This document shows positions 48,479 to 50,000 of a DNA stretch of 50,000 nucleotides, piece by piece. This stretch comes from Chiloscyllium plagiosum (taxonomy: Eukaryota). The stretch is taken from the NCBI RefSeq assembly GCF_004010195.1, contig NW_025214726.1:1-50000 (forward strand). The letters run 5' to 3'. The notes beneath the pieces were generated by a model. It searched no databases and was not told where the DNA came from. It was given only the letters and a program-made list of their open reading frames with translations. How positions within the stretch are numbered: the stretch's first letter is position 1; every line of letters begins with the position of its first letter. The translations under genes and the position numbers were made by a program.

Positions 48479-49610
48479 ACTTTTTACATTTTTAACTGTT
48501 TTTGTATCCCTGTTTATGCAAATTGTAACCAACAAGTTAACAAGATTCAATTTAACATTGATTTAAATTTAGCAGACCGCTTAGTAGCCAATCAAATCAC
48601 AGCCCTCCTGTGACATCACTATTCAGTCTCCCCTCAGATTCCGAATCTCCTACCTTCCCAGGCTGCTTTCCGTTCTAACTCACTCAGCTCCAGTCCTGAA
48701 CTACTGACTCCACTACCAACAAATTTTGCATTAGCACGTCTCTCTACCACTTTTCCCTCACCCCTCTTTATTTTGGCTAGAGGAGAAGGAAAGGAAGGAA
48801 ACACTACCAGGATGTAATGTTTGGGCCTTAAGCACTGTGTGATGCTCTCCAGGCTGTAATGTATGCGCCAAACTGATGCCTCTCCCTCTCGGTCACCGTC
48901 TGTTGGAGGGTGCTCACTCATAGAAGGAGCAAGACAGTGGGGCATAGATTTAAAGCAATGTGCAAAAGAAGCAAGGATGATCTGACAAAAATCTGATTGT
49001 ATTTGAAAATGTGATGGGGGCAGGCTAAATCAAGGCATTCAAGAGGGCATTGAATGGTTATTATAAAATAATTAATGTGCAAGGGGCTAAGGAAATGCAG
49101 CAAATCATGATATGAGGTAATGATACTTGTTCGTATAGTTGAAGCAGACATGATGGGCCAAATGGCCTCCTTCTGTGCCATAACAATTCTAATTGTATGA
49201 TGTGAATCTATGTCATCATCTGAATTATCCTGAAACATGGGCAGCCTATAGTTCCTGTTACTTTCTCCATGGAAATGCCTTGGCCAATTAGAGTCAACAC
49301 CCCCTTTTTCCTAAAGTATATGTCTTATGTTTAATCTGACAAGATGTTTTCTCCTCTCTCCCTTTTCAGCAATGTTCAAACATTGTAACTGTCAATATGT
49401 ACAAACTTTGTTAAGATAACATATGCTGCACTGATAACAGAGTCATGATGACTCATTTTATAAAAAAAAAGTCTTCAATTACAAGAGTATAAGTTCCCAG
49501 TTCTTATCAAAGACTCAAGGACACTTGAATACTTTTTTGTCTGTTTGGACCTACTGGCTTTAATGTGTGGTAATTTTACTGAATGTTAAAGTTTCATAAG
49601 GGAATTAATT

Positions 49611-49764
49611 AGAATCATAAAACACAGAATCCCTACAGTGTGAATAAGAGGTCATTCAGCCTATCAAGTCTGCACTGACCCTCTGAAGAGCATTCCACCC
49701 AGACCAAGCCCTATATCCTATCCCTATAACCCTGCATTTATCATAGCTAATCTACCTAACCTAC
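49611..49764 (-). mobile_element. HE1-like SINE 3' half
   Basis: Reverse complement matches 46670-46811 and 10290-10427. Confidence 0.8.
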
Positions 49765-50000
49765 GCCAGCCATCAGGATGGATTCTTTTGCACAGTGCTT
49801 TCCACTGTGTCCATGGAAAAGGGGTCAAGGTGAAAGACAATTTTAATTATAGAAGCCTTGGAGAAGTTTAAGATCCTAGGCCTCATTTATATGTGTCAGG
49901 TCAAACTCCTGCCTGAATCTTGTGGGAGTCACTGTTTAATCAATAAGCAAAAGAGAGCTTAAGGGGCAGGAAGCCTCTACCAAGGACCTGTGTCAATGTA

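Larger units (their letters stand above)
45660..49200 (+). mobile_element. Decayed CR1 broken by several later insertions (pieces 45660-46199, 46340-46455, 46812-47300, 48918-49200)
   Basis: MDFQKIFDRVSQNRL, WIQNWL, PQGSVL|..LIYVND, KFANDIKLG, ERMQRRFVRMVP, and 3' UTR gatgggccaaatggcctcc, in colinear order. Confidence 0.8.

Noticed and set aside
1..50000. CRISPR array or prokaryotic operon
   Set aside because: No regularly spaced repeats or dense coding; the content is eukaryotic interspersed repeats.

Overview
Repeat-dense, AT-rich vertebrate DNA, almost certainly elasmobranch (inferred from HE1-type V-SINEs, CR1 LINEs with (ATGACTCT)n-type 3' tails and shark-type Penelope elements; the species cannot be fixed). 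I find no intact protein-coding gene. All long ORFs in the track come from retroelements or are antisense or chance ORFs. The window holds many 5'-truncated CR1 LINEs of different ages, tRNA-derived SINEs, an RTE-BovB fragment, a decayed Gypsy pol relic, and a decayed two-gene PIF/Harbinger transposon (transposase plus Myb/SANT-like gene) carrying a nested stack of later insertions. The most striking signal is about 18 Penelope-like element (PLE) insertions from three sequence families. Many are 150-220 bp hairpin-shaped inserts with 10-15 bp target-site duplications (TSDs). Each family carries a minimal hammerhead ribozyme core (CTGANGA-A-stem II-GAAA-palindromic stem III) whose stems covary between families. 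One copy is a perfect palindrome with 94-bp arms and an intact hammerhead on both strands. There is also a local 140-bp inverted templated duplication and a low-confidence set of possible host microexons.
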